Part shown: positions 7,951-16,687 of the stretch, in pieces
Numbering within the stretch: the first letter of the stretch is position 1
Layout of the letters: every line of letters begins with the position of its first letter
Origin: Acaryochloris marina MBIC11017
GTDB taxonomy: Bacteria > Cyanobacteriota > Cyanobacteriia > Thermosynechococcales > Thermosynechococcaceae
Direction of reading: 5' to 3'
DNA length: 32,000 nt
Assembly (NCBI RefSeq): GCF_000018105.1
Contig: NC_009926.1
Coordinates: 60,001-92,000 of the forward strand
Translations under genes and position numbers: made by a program
Notes under the pieces: model-generated
What the model saw: only the letters and a program-made list of their open reading frames with translations
What the model was told of the DNA's origin: nothing
Databases searched by the model: none

Positions 7951-8272
7951 CTGCTGATGCAAGCTTATCCCTAATATTACTGACTGCTATAAGTTTCGTC
8001 TTGACAGACCTAGCAAAGGCGCACTTGTGGGAGTGCGCCAGACAAAATCACCTATGCAGATGTGTATTTAGCGAGATGCAAACTTGACAAGCATACATAG
8101 ATCTTAGCAAATTAAAATATAGATATAGATTGATTTTAGTCTATGTATAAAACAACGAAAACTTAAGGTTAAAGATGGCGAGGAAAGCATGGATGTACGT
8201 AAGTTTTACAACAATCTCCCTCCTCAAGAATCCTTACCGCTAAACTAACGGTGCGTTAGAGGACTCCCCCCC

Positions 8273-8884
8273 ATGACCACCCCCATCATCAGCCTCAACC
8301 CCAAGCCCATCCCTCAGACCACCCCAGGCCAACCCAAGCCCGCCCCTTCCGCACCCAAGCTCCTAAGCAAAACAGCCTTCCCAAAAAAGGCACCAGAGGG
8401 AACCCGACCAGCTAAGCGGGAACCAGGGAAAGGAGAGCTGAGAGAAATACGTCGGAGTGTTAGGCAACCTCCCCGATCAGCCAAACCTGAGTACATTCCT
8501 AAGACACGATCCTCAGAAGCTGCCCAGACTAGTCAACCGAGAACCCCTAGGATTTCAGCAGAGCTGGAGCGGCGATTCAGGAATCTGGAGCTGAGCCAGA
8601 AGAATTTGGTGGAGCAGACCAGGACGCGAGGGGAGCTGGAGTATCTGGCTGTTGCCAAGAATGGCTTCGGACGTTACTGGATTACTGTGGCTGGAACAGG
8701 GAAGCCTTTCGTGAGGGAATCGTTTGCTACACCGAGTTTCTGCTGGGAGTGTGTGGTTGAAATTGAGGAGAACTTTGAGATTGGGGAAGTGATTGAGCTG
8801 CGGCCAGGGGAGACTATGGAGCGGATTGAGGAGATGATTGGGGTGTGGTTGGAGCGGGAGAGGGTGGCTGGGATCTGGGGGTGA
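8273..8884 (+). CDS. hypothetical protein with a Pro/Lys-rich N-terminal half and an unrecognised C-terminal domain
   Basis: GAGGA Shine-Dalgarno before the ATG. High-GC ORF. Its first ~25 codons and 75-nt leader recur at 19668..19820. Confidence 0.55.
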   Translation: MTTPIISLNPKPIPQTTPGQPKPAPSAPKLLSKTAFPKKAPEGTRPAKREPGKGELREIRRSVRQPPRSAKPEYIPKTRSSEAAQTSQPRTPRISAELERRFRNLELSQKNLVEQTRTRGELEYLAVAKNGFGRYWITVAGTGKPFVRESFATPSFCWECVVEIEENFEIGEVIELRPGETMERIEEMIGVWLERERVAGIWG

Positions 8885-8947
8885 TTGAGCTACTCACAAA
8901 ATGCAGGTCTAATAATAAAGATTGTGATGAGACAGTAGTTCCCAAAG

Positions 8948-9859
8948 CTAAAATAAATAGCTATTCATAGCAAATTTAACTTCTAAAATCAGACGACTCC
9001 TCGACATAGGAAGAGTTAATTTGTGAAAACAATAAAAATCCTCAACAAAACCACAACCAGCTTTACCGTAGATATTTTCTATATTGTTATGACCATAATA
9101 ATTGATGATACCCATATCCGTAGAGTCTCTAGTTAAGGAAAATTGATCCTTCAGTCTTTTGTTTCTATGACTACCTTTGACAAAAACATGATTCCCCTCT
9201 GATACAGGCACATCAGTAAGGTAGAACATGAATTTTATAAAGCGATAGTCTTCTAGATCATAATGAAAATTGAAGAATCCTCTTACAGCCTCATTCAATG
9301 GTACGGTTACTGGAAAAGTCCATCGAATTTGACTATCTAATAGCACTGGAATTGTTTCTAAATATTTGGTAGCGATTTCTCTAAGCTTAGAATCATTTTC
9401 AAGTTTTTTAATAGCTGGGCATATTAGGGAACTATGAATATGATTAGCAGTAACGAAAATTTGTTGATACTTTAACTCTGACTTTTCTTTGTCTGACAGG
9501 GTGAACTTCAACTTAGGATTACTATTAGCATGATATTCTACTTGAGTTGAAAAAGCTAATACCTCATGTAAAATATCTGATGGTAAGTTAATTCCAAAGA
9601 ATAGACCATCTTTTTTCAAATGTTCAACAACTTTGTTGACATCAAGAGATGGAAATAATGTATTACCCCCTTGTTCTAAATCTTGATATATCTGAGCAGA
9701 AGAATGTTTAGTAACTAAGATTGCAAGAGATCTCAGTATTTGTATCCGAGTAGCACAAAACATTACAAACCACTTTGGATCTGCTATTGCTTGATAAGAG
9801 TATTGAAGACACTTTCGTTTAAGTTTCGACCAAAGACGTTGGTAGTAACCACTCATCAT
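8948..9859 (-). CDS. Fe(II)/2-oxoglutarate oxygenase-like protein (PhyH-like)
   Basis: FHYDLED (HxD), then GNHVFVKGSH (distal His), then SRSRLILEVKF (Arg) in the order expected for the PhyH/2OG double-stranded beta-helix fold. The gene is very AT-rich. Confidence 0.5.
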   Translation of the reverse strand: MMSGYYQRLWSKLKRKCLQYSYQAIADPKWFVMFCATRIQILRSLAILVTKHSSAQIYQDLEQGGNTLFPSLDVNKVVEHLKKDGLFFGINLPSDILHEVLAFSTQVEYHANSNPKLKFTLSDKEKSELKYQQIFVTANHIHSSLICPAIKKLENDSKLREIATKYLETIPVLLDSQIRWTFPVTVPLNEAVRGFFNFHYDLEDYRFIKFMFYLTDVPVSEGNHVFVKGSHRNKRLKDQFSLTRDSTDMGIINYYGHNNIENIYGKAGCGFVEDFYCFHKLTLPMSRSRLILEVKFAMNSYLF

Positions 9860-9935
9860 AGGCTATTCATCAGGAATGTCTCGCTGTTCATTAAATAACC
9901 TGAGTTCATAGAGAGTTGAGCAACACTCTATTGGA

Positions 9936-10550
9936 CTACCCTGTGATTGGAACATTGCGAAACATTTCTGTCTTTGGTATGACAATATCAATGGTGGTGG
10001 TTCTTTCGGGTATTTCAAGCCAAAAATAGCCCTCTGCTGATGCGTTAAGGGGAAGGGTCTGGAGTGTAATGAGGCCAGTTGAGTTGATGATTTGTTTATA
10101 CACTTCGTTGGTTTCTGAATGTCGAGCTTGAGTATCACTAAGATCAAATGTTTCATTCTTGGTCGCATTCTCTGCAAGGCGACGGAACCGGAGACGGACA
10201 TTTACAATATTGCGGGTGCCTTTCTCAGGGTGCTTAATACGCTTAACAGATATTAATTCGACGGTAGCTTTACTATTGAATGCTGGTTGGATAAATTCGT
10301 CTGCTTTGCTCTCTGAGACGCTTTGAGGCGCTTCAATTACAGTATTTGAATCAGGCACTGCTGTAGGTTCAGAGGAAATCCCTCCTAAAGGACTAGGATT
10401 TTTATCTTTGTCATGAGTAGGATCTTCCGATAGGTTTGCTTGTGGGTAAAGAACCCCACGTGTCGTCAAATCTAGATAGAGAACGGCCCCACTCATGAGT
10501 AAAGCGAGTGTAGAAAATACTAAAGCGATACCAGACAAGAAATTATTCAT
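9936..10550 (-). CDS. membrane-anchored protein with a beta-rich C-terminal (DUF4352-like) domain
   Basis: ATG at 10548-10550 (MNNFLSGIALVFSTLALLMSGAVLYL, an N-terminal TM anchor) is preferred over the TTG at 10595. A Pro/Ser linker is followed by alternating beta-strand-like sequence. It lies 76 nt upstream of the oxygenase gene on the same strand. Confidence 0.5.
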   Translation of the reverse strand: MNNFLSGIALVFSTLALLMSGAVLYLDLTTRGVLYPQANLSEDPTHDKDKNPSPLGGISSEPTAVPDSNTVIEAPQSVSESKADEFIQPAFNSKATVELISVKRIKHPEKGTRNIVNVRLRFRRLAENATKNETFDLSDTQARHSETNEVYKQIINSTGLITLQTLPLNASAEGYFWLEIPERTTTIDIVIPKTEMFRNVPITG

Positions 10551-10890
10551 GGTCTCACATAGATTGAAAACCCAAAAATAAAAATATGCAGACAAATGGA
10601 ACCCCTATTTAGGAGAAAACAGTTACTCCACACCCTAAGAGAACCTCTACCCTACATTGCTTTTAAGAAACTAAGGTTATTGCCATAGGCCGTTAAGTTC
10701 CTCTATTTTTCAGATGGCGAAGGTTCGAGTATACGGATATCTCTAGCCGAAACTACTGGGTAGTGTTTTGGTGATATGGGTTATTTCTCAGAGCCTACGA
10801 GGTAAAGGTGAATAATGTGAGAATTTTGCTTAAGCTAGTTTATCTACAGTTAGTTTGATACTGGTACGCTACTTTAGATGATTTGTATGT

Positions 10891-10899
10891 GCTTCCTGG
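10891..10899. repeat. left copy of the 9-bp target-site duplication GCTTCCTGG
   Basis: An identical 9-mer abuts the other IS end at 12042-12050. Confidence 0.8.
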
Positions 10900-12041
10900 C
10901 TCAGTACAGGACAAAAAGCTTGAAAGATTTATAGAGGTGGGGTTTCAATAGGATTACCACAATCCCTAGAAACCCCATGACACAATATAGCGAACTCAAA
11001 CGTGCACTCCAACCCCACCTGAACTGGCATGGTGCCCGTTTATCATTTCTGACCTTATTCTTGTTGGCCTTGTTCAAGGTAAAAACCGTTAACCTGAGCG
11101 AATTAGCACTGGGATTTGACGGGAGCGCTCAATCCGACTCCAAGTACAAACGTTTGCAACGTTTTTTTCGAGGGTTTGACATTGAGTATGAAACCATCGC
11201 CAAGCTTGTCATCGACTGGATGCAAATTCCACAGCCATGGGTTTTGAGTATTGACCGCACCACCTGGGAGTTGGGTACTCACTGCTTCAACATCCTCAGC
11301 ATTGGTGTTGTCCATGAGGGAGTTGCTTTTCCTCTGTTGTGGTGGATGCTTCAGAAGAAAGGCAACTCCAGTAGTGATGAACGGATGCAGTTTATTGACG
11401 CACTCCTGCATATCTGCCCTGATCCTCAAATCCGATGTTTGTGTGGGGACCGAGAATTCATTGGCCAGCTTTGGGTTCGCTATTTACGCTTAGCGCCACT
11501 CTTGCCATTTCGGCTCAGAATTCGAGCGACGGATAAAATTGAGCGCCAGGGCAAGGCCCTTCAAACCAAGGTGGTTTTTGCTCATCTTCAAGTGGGTCAG
11601 CGCCAGCGACTCAAAGGTGAATGTCGTGTATGGGGGCAGCCGGTTGCAGTGGAAGGACTGCGATTGGAAGATGGTGCGCTGCTGGTTGTGATTGGTCCGA
11701 CACAAGATGACCAGCTTATTGAGGATTATGCCTTGCGATGGGGAATTGAAACTCTATTTGGTATTTTCAAAACGCGAGGCTTTTGTCTTGAATCGACCCA
11801 CTTTACTGAGGTTGAACGCTTACGAAAGCTATTTGCTCTATTGACTTTGGCATTGTGTTGGGCGATGAAGACGGGGCTGTTTTTACATCAACTCAAACCC
11901 ATTGCACTCAAAACCCATGGACGTCGAGCAAAGAGTCTATTCCGTTTAGGATTTGACCATTTACGGCAGATGATTCTCAATCCTTCTCCCGATAATGAAC
12001 GTGAGTTTCTGAAAGCTTTACAACTTTTGTCCTGTACTTAG
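10900..12041 (+). mobile_element. intact IS4-family insertion sequence (1142 bp)
   Basis: Imperfect terminal inverted repeats: CTCAGTACAGGACAAAAAGCTTGAAAG (left) against the reverse complement of the right end, CTAAGTACAGGACAAAAGTTGTAAAG. A single transposase ORF ends inside the right IR. Flanked by a perfect 9-bp direct repeat. Confidence 0.85.
10977..12041 (+). CDS. IS4-family DDE transposase
   Basis: D in SIDRTTWE, D in CGDREFIG, and the Y-(2)-R-(3)-E-(6)-K signature in YALRWGIETLFGIFK. Confidence 0.9.
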   Translation: MTQYSELKRALQPHLNWHGARLSFLTLFLLALFKVKTVNLSELALGFDGSAQSDSKYKRLQRFFRGFDIEYETIAKLVIDWMQIPQPWVLSIDRTTWELGTHCFNILSIGVVHEGVAFPLLWWMLQKKGNSSSDERMQFIDALLHICPDPQIRCLCGDREFIGQLWVRYLRLAPLLPFRLRIRATDKIERQGKALQTKVVFAHLQVGQRQRLKGECRVWGQPVAVEGLRLEDGALLVVIGPTQDDQLIEDYALRWGIETLFGIFKTRGFCLESTHFTEVERLRKLFALLTLALCWAMKTGLFLHQLKPIALKTHGRRAKSLFRLGFDHLRQMILNPSPDNEREFLKALQLLSCT

Positions 12042-12050
12042 GCTTCCTGG
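12042..12050. repeat. right copy of the 9-bp target-site duplication GCTTCCTGG
   Basis: Identical to 10891-10899. Confidence 0.8.
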
Positions 12051-12222
12051 TTGTTTTAGGGTGACGCTTTGAGGCAGTTTTAGAGCTAGAGAATACGTAT
12101 ATCTTTCATGTAGCACAACAGAATTAGACCATTGCGCCAAATTTACTATTGACTAGGTTTCTAAAGACGTTTTCGATCTACTGATGATGGGTAGTTTCAG
12201 CCCTAGCGGCTAAGGTTACCCA

Positions 12223-12933
12223 TTACTGTTGGTTCGATGGGTGTGAATATGACTGGAAATTTAATAGTTGACTGTCGAATTTCTGTGCAAGTTTAGATGT
12301 GGTCATCGAAGGGATGTTGTCATTTAGGCGTCCAACAATTAGCATTGCACCTAAATTATTTCTTCGAAAAGCAACCATTTCAGAAAACAAGGAGACATTT
12401 CTCGCTTTTGCAATCACTGCCATACCAGTGGAAACTTGACCAATCTTTTGCGATAAGGAAGGGGCAACTCTTTGCTCAACAATATTTACTGAACCCAAAT
12501 AATAATTACTCTTTTTAATACCTGTCACAAACTTTTCTAAAGCACTCGGCTGCTCTAACCCTAGATCAAACATCTGAACAGCATTCTCATTATTTAGCGG
12601 GGTAACAAACCCAATGATGAGGGTCCATTGATTCAGATTCATGTAAGTGACTAAATCTCTGATCTGGATTTCGTTACTACCAAAGTGGTCACTAATGGTT
12701 GAAGATATGGCACCACGGATAAGTGAACTGATTGGGGTGGGGACTTCTCGAAATCCTGGAGGTAAATCTGATGCGACTAACTTTGGCGGACGAAGACTAC
12801 CTGCTGTATTGGGGATTGCTACAGCAGATTGCGGAGTAAAACACTTCAGTATGTATAAGTCAATAATTCCAGGTATTATTCCTATAATCAAACTAAAAAT
12901 TATTAGATTGGTAATTTTGGTAGTTTTATTCAT
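12223..12933 (-). CDS. hypothetical membrane-anchored or secreted protein
   Basis: ATG at 12931-12933 (MNKTTKITNLIIFSLIIGIIPGIIDLYIL, a TM/signal anchor) is preferred over the TTG at 12999. No family recognised. Divergent from the Deg protease gene. Confidence 0.5.
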   Translation of the reverse strand: MNKTTKITNLIIFSLIIGIIPGIIDLYILKCFTPQSAVAIPNTAGSLRPPKLVASDLPPGFREVPTPISSLIRGAISSTISDHFGSNEIQIRDLVTYMNLNQWTLIIGFVTPLNNENAVQMFDLGLEQPSALEKFVTGIKKSNYYLGSVNIVEQRVAPSLSQKIGQVSTGMAVIAKARNVSLFSEMVAFRRNNLGAMLIVGRLNDNIPSMTTSKLAQKFDSQLLNFQSYSHPSNQQ

Positions 12934-13208
12934 TGGAAAAAATAGTCGTCTCTGTTGTCTAAATGAGTGAGAGATCGGAACTGCGTTACGAAATATCAAC
13001 CTCTGAAAAATTGAAATTGCTCAAGTCAATAAAAACACTTTATAAGTAGGTTAAATCTTTTAAGCTAAGTTTGATATTAGCTTTAAGAAATTTCTTTAAT
13101 TCAAAGGGTGTGTTACTGATTGCTTGGGAGGTGAAACGCCGAGTCTATCACCGGCTTCCTTGCCTATGGTAAGTTCAAATTAATAGCAGCGTATGCTCTT
13201 GTTTCTGA

Positions 13209-14744
13209 ATGCACAATCCGATATCTAGGCATTTTAAGAAGGTCGTTCTCAGTCTACTCATCATCAATTTGATGGTATCCTGCTTTATTTTTAAGGCTGG
13301 AAACACTGAGCCATATAATGAGCAGCGGATTAGAGGAGCTATCGTTAAGGTTTATTCAGTTCGCAATAAGCCAGACTACCAGAAGCCTTGGGAAACAGTC
13401 ATTAAACGCAGTACTGGTTCTGGTTTTATCATCGCAGACAACAAAATTCTGACAAATGCCCATGTTGTTGCCGATCAAACCTTTGTTGAAGTTCGACGTC
13501 ACGGTCAAGCCAAGCGTTATAGGGCTCAAGTTGTCAGTGTTGCTCATGAAGTTGATCTAGCAATCTTATCGGTTAAGAATAATGCTTTTTTTTCAGGTGT
13601 AACACCCTTAGAATTTGCTGATCTGCCTGAGATTCGGCAAGAGGTTGCTGTCTATGGTTTTCCCACAGGTGGAAACGCTTTGAGCACTACAAGAGGCATT
13701 GTTTCACGTATAGAACATCAGTTTTATACTCATAGCAGCGAGTACTTTCTAGCCGCGCAAATTGATGCTGCAATTAACTCAGGCAATAGTGGAGGACCTG
13801 TTCTGGATGGCAATGGCCAAATTGTTGGTGTAGCGATGCAAGCAAGGAAGAGTGCTGACAATATTGGATATATGGTACCTGTACCCGTCATAAGACATTT
13901 TCTTCAAGACCTTGAGGACAAGACCTTCAACGGTTTCCCAGGCTTAGGACTCGTTTATCAAAAGATGGAAAACCCTGGCATGAAACGTAGCTATGGAATA
14001 TCCGAGAACTTAACTGGGATACTAGTTAGACATATTCTTTCAGAATCCCCTGCTGAAGGATTCATTCGTGCCGGAGATGTCATACACGCGATTGATGGAC
14101 ATGCTATTGCTGATGATGGCACAGTCGTATTTCGACAAGGAGATCGAACAAATTTTAATTACTATATAGATATTCATCAAGTGGGTGAGACAGTCAGTAT
14201 TGAATTTTTTCGAAATTCCAAGCTGAAGACAGTAATGCTCACTCTAAATAAACAAAAAAAAGATTTCCGACTAGTACCACTTGAGCAATACAATGAGCTA
14301 CCAAGATATTTTATATTTGGTGGAATTGTGTTTTCTCCATTAACTAAAAATCTCATTAAATCATGGGGAATTAACTGGTCAAAAACAGCACCCAAAGAGC
14401 TTTTGATAGAGCTGTCAAATTGGCCCTCTAGAGAGAAAATAGAGATCGTTGTTGCAACCCGAGTTCTTGGCTCTGAGGTGAATCGAGGCTACCATGGTAT
14501 TGCGGGTTGGATTGTTAAGGAAGTTAATGGAAAAAAATTTAAAGATTTTAGCGAATTTTGTCAACTCGTTACAACTTCAAATTCTCCTTTTGTTGCCTTT
14601 AAAGGTGCACGTAATTTTCAAATTGTTATAGACAAAAAGGAGGCTGAAGAAAGCCTTGATGAAATCCTGAAAAATTATCGAATTGGAGCAGCTTATTCTG
14701 AAGATTTAAAAATCCTTTCAGCTGTTGGAGAGCCGAATAGTTAG
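13209..14744 (+). CDS. S1C (Deg/HtrA) serine protease with a C-terminal PDZ region, resembling the DEG2/DEG9 subtype
   Basis: Catalytic triad contexts TNAHVV, DLAIL and GNSGGPV. N-terminal signal ending LMVSC (lipobox-like). GFPGLGLVYQKMENPGMKRSYG and YFIFGGIVFSPLT resemble the PDZ region of plant DEG9-type enzymes (from memory). Confidence 0.85.
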   Translation: MHNPISRHFKKVVLSLLIINLMVSCFIFKAGNTEPYNEQRIRGAIVKVYSVRNKPDYQKPWETVIKRSTGSGFIIADNKILTNAHVVADQTFVEVRRHGQAKRYRAQVVSVAHEVDLAILSVKNNAFFSGVTPLEFADLPEIRQEVAVYGFPTGGNALSTTRGIVSRIEHQFYTHSSEYFLAAQIDAAINSGNSGGPVLDGNGQIVGVAMQARKSADNIGYMVPVPVIRHFLQDLEDKTFNGFPGLGLVYQKMENPGMKRSYGISENLTGILVRHILSESPAEGFIRAGDVIHAIDGHAIADDGTVVFRQGDRTNFNYYIDIHQVGETVSIEFFRNSKLKTVMLTLNKQKKDFRLVPLEQYNELPRYFIFGGIVFSPLTKNLIKSWGINWSKTAPKELLIELSNWPSREKIEIVVATRVLGSEVNRGYHGIAGWIVKEVNGKKFKDFSEFCQLVTTSNSPFVAFKGARNFQIVIDKKEAEESLDEILKNYRIGAAYSEDLKILSAVGEPNS

Positions 14745-14819
14745 TAGGGATTGTATAAGGAGTATTCCCTTATTTAGAACTAATTTTTTACAATATTATC
14801 GAGGGTTAGAACGTGTCCT

Positions 14820-14848
14820 CAATCAAGTACTTGGATAGTACTTGATTG
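14820..14848. terminator. 12-bp perfect hairpin between the convergent protease and exporter genes
   Basis: CAATCAAGTACT (14820-14831) pairs with AGTACTTGATTG (14837-14848) around a 5-nt loop. No flanking U-tract on either strand. Confidence 0.4.
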
Positions 14849-14922
14849 AATTGGTGAACTAGGAGTTCCATTAAGATTCATTAGTAGTTTAGATTCAAAA
14901 AAATAGATAAATTCCTATAAAA

Positions 14923-16380
14923 TCAGAATAAGATTCTGAATATACCAAAACTACTTGTTATTGGCGCAAGAATATTTCGAAGATTATCACCAACCTTTGT
15001 CAGGCCAGACCGACCAACTACCACCACATCATTGTTCCGAAGGGCAGGATTGTTCTCCTCGTTCAGTGGCTGTTCTAAGTCAATCTTAATTTCTCTTTGA
15101 GTCACGGTTCCATCTGGATTTAAGCGAATGAGTTTTACTTTGCTTTTATTCGCTCTGCGATCATCAAACCCCCCTGCAGCTAACATGGCAGTATTAAGAG
15201 GGGTATTGGGTTGAATCTTGATTATTCCGGGCCGTTTGACCTCACCAACGACATTGACGTCAATAGTGGCGGGGGCAAAGCTTATTGTGGATAACTCAGT
15301 CAATTCGGCAGCAGATAAACCAACCGCTTTGGGAACAACGATGGTATCCCCAGCCTGCAAGGCGATATCCTGTGATAAGTCTCCTGCCTTGAGTAGTTCC
15401 CACAAATTAACGATTATCTCTTGAGGATTGCCATTGTGAGGGCGCCGGATAACTTTCACTTGGCGAATATCCGCTTCAGGTTTAATCCCTCCAGCTGTTT
15501 GTATGGCTTGAGTGACAGTGGGAAGTTCAGTGGAAGCGGCTTTAGCATTACCCAATGTGCCTGCTTCTTGGACATCTGCACTACCTGGACGGATGGTATG
15601 AGGACCAGGTCGGTAAACCTCTCCAATAATAGCGATGTTGATGGGTTCAGACCGATCTGAAGAAAAACTGGCATTACGTATGAGTAATGCGTTGGAGAAA
15701 TCAACGGTTGTAGTGGTCGGAATTATTACCGTATCTTTATCACGCAGTTGCAGATTTTGACTTAAATCTCCTTCTTGAAGCAGTTGTAATAAATTAACAC
15801 TGATGAATTGTTCTTTCCCATTCTCCTGTGGACGACGAACCTTAATTTGGCTGATATCAGCGGACTGGGATGCACCACCAGCAAGCTGGATCAGTTGGGT
15901 GACGGTAGGAATTTGGGTAGGAGATTCAACGGGATATGTACCAGGGTGCCGAACTTCTCCAGAAATAGCTAACGTGACCACTCGGGCATCCACCAAAACT
16001 ATGGTAATAAAAGGACGCCTATAGAATCGGATATATCGTTTAGCTATCTCTCGTTCAGCTATACCGATTGAGCGACCTTTGACTAACACACGACCAATTA
16101 GAGGAAGGCTCACCGTACCATCGACTAATACCCGGTAATTAGTGGTGAATAGATTGGGTTGTCCAAACATAGTGAGCTGTATTTCATCTCCAGGTCCCAA
16201 GATATAGGCCTGTTGATTGATTAAAGTATCACCAGCTTGGGTATTAGGATTTTGAGCGATAGAGTTAGATCTGATCGAAGAGTTTAACTTTTCTTTCGGT
16301 GAAATCTCAGCCATTGCAAGGCTTGGAGACATCGTAGAAAGGATCGTAATGAATGCAATGGTCTGGAGAGAGCGAATCAT
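14923..16380 (-). CDS. Wza-like outer-membrane polysaccharide export protein with repeated SLBB domains
   Basis: ATG at 16378-16380 gives the signal peptide MIRSLQTIAFITILSTMSPSLAMA. YILGPGDEIQLTMFGQPNL is a Poly_export motif. Repeated modules (V.V.GEV..PG...., TV.QAI..AGG, I...R) are SLBB-like. Confidence 0.8.
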   Translation of the reverse strand: MIRSLQTIAFITILSTMSPSLAMAEISPKEKLNSSIRSNSIAQNPNTQAGDTLINQQAYILGPGDEIQLTMFGQPNLFTTNYRVLVDGTVSLPLIGRVLVKGRSIGIAEREIAKRYIRFYRRPFITIVLVDARVVTLAISGEVRHPGTYPVESPTQIPTVTQLIQLAGGASQSADISQIKVRRPQENGKEQFISVNLLQLLQEGDLSQNLQLRDKDTVIIPTTTTVDFSNALLIRNASFSSDRSEPINIAIIGEVYRPGPHTIRPGSADVQEAGTLGNAKAASTELPTVTQAIQTAGGIKPEADIRQVKVIRRPHNGNPQEIIVNLWELLKAGDLSQDIALQAGDTIVVPKAVGLSAAELTELSTISFAPATIDVNVVGEVKRPGIIKIQPNTPLNTAMLAAGGFDDRRANKSKVKLIRLNPDGTVTQREIKIDLEQPLNEENNPALRNNDVVVVGRSGLTKVGDNLRNILAPITSSFGIFRILF

Positions 16381-16687
16381 CGTAGACACCCCAGCAGTAG
16401 ATCCACTTGGAAATAATATTAAGTATAAAACTATTGCTTATACATGAATATGACGTTTTGATTAGGATTTAAACTCAACCATACCATTCTTAAAATGAGT
16501 GAGGTGTTTTAAGATTATCAAGAGCGATTGAAATTGACCATCAACATCGACTAAAGCATTATTGCTATATCAAAAATTTCAGTTTTCTTTCTCTTAATTA
16601 GTCGATGCTTCTATTATTAAGGATAATTTGAGTACTGTTTGTCAATTAGTTAATGTATGAATCTAGTGAAAATATAAAATTACTCTA

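Noticed and set aside
8198-8272. The leader of the Pro-rich gene contains GTAAGT, CTAAC and TAG in the order of eukaryotic splice-site, branch-point and acceptor signals. The same holds in the copy at 19668.
   Set aside because: The context is clearly bacterial (RecA, PBP, IS4, Shine-Dalgarno sites). The motifs are short, and no group I or group II intron structure or intron-encoded ORF is present.
9863-10201. A 112-aa ORF overlaps the 3' part of the membrane-anchored protein gene in another frame.
   Set aside because: It overlaps a longer ORF that has a coherent signal-anchor plus domain organisation. It probably arises from the AT-rich composition.
10722-10730. GGTTCGAGT resembles a tRNA T-loop.
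   Set aside because: I could not build an acceptor, D or anticodon stem from the flanking sequence, and there is no matching 3' end.
12053-12090. GTTTTAGAGCTAGA (12077-12090) matches the start of the Streptococcus pyogenes Cas9 repeat/sgRNA scaffold, and a second GTTTTAGG lies 24 nt upstream (12053-12060).
   Set aside because: There are only two short partial copies, with no regular repeat-spacer array, no tracrRNA-like continuation beyond 14 nt and no cas genes in the window. It is most likely a chance match next to the IS insertion site.
14820-14848. The AGTACT...AGTACT arms of the hairpin were considered as a LexA-type operator.
   Set aside because: The spacing and symmetry do not fit the 14-nt RGTACNNNDGTWCB pattern, and the hairpin sits between two convergent 3' ends, where a terminator-like stem is the simpler explanation.
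15286-15294. A perfect inverted DnaA box, TGTGGATAA, lies inside the Wza-like gene.
   Set aside because: It is a single isolated 9-mer within coding sequence. One such hit in 64 kb of two-strand sequence is not far from chance expectation.
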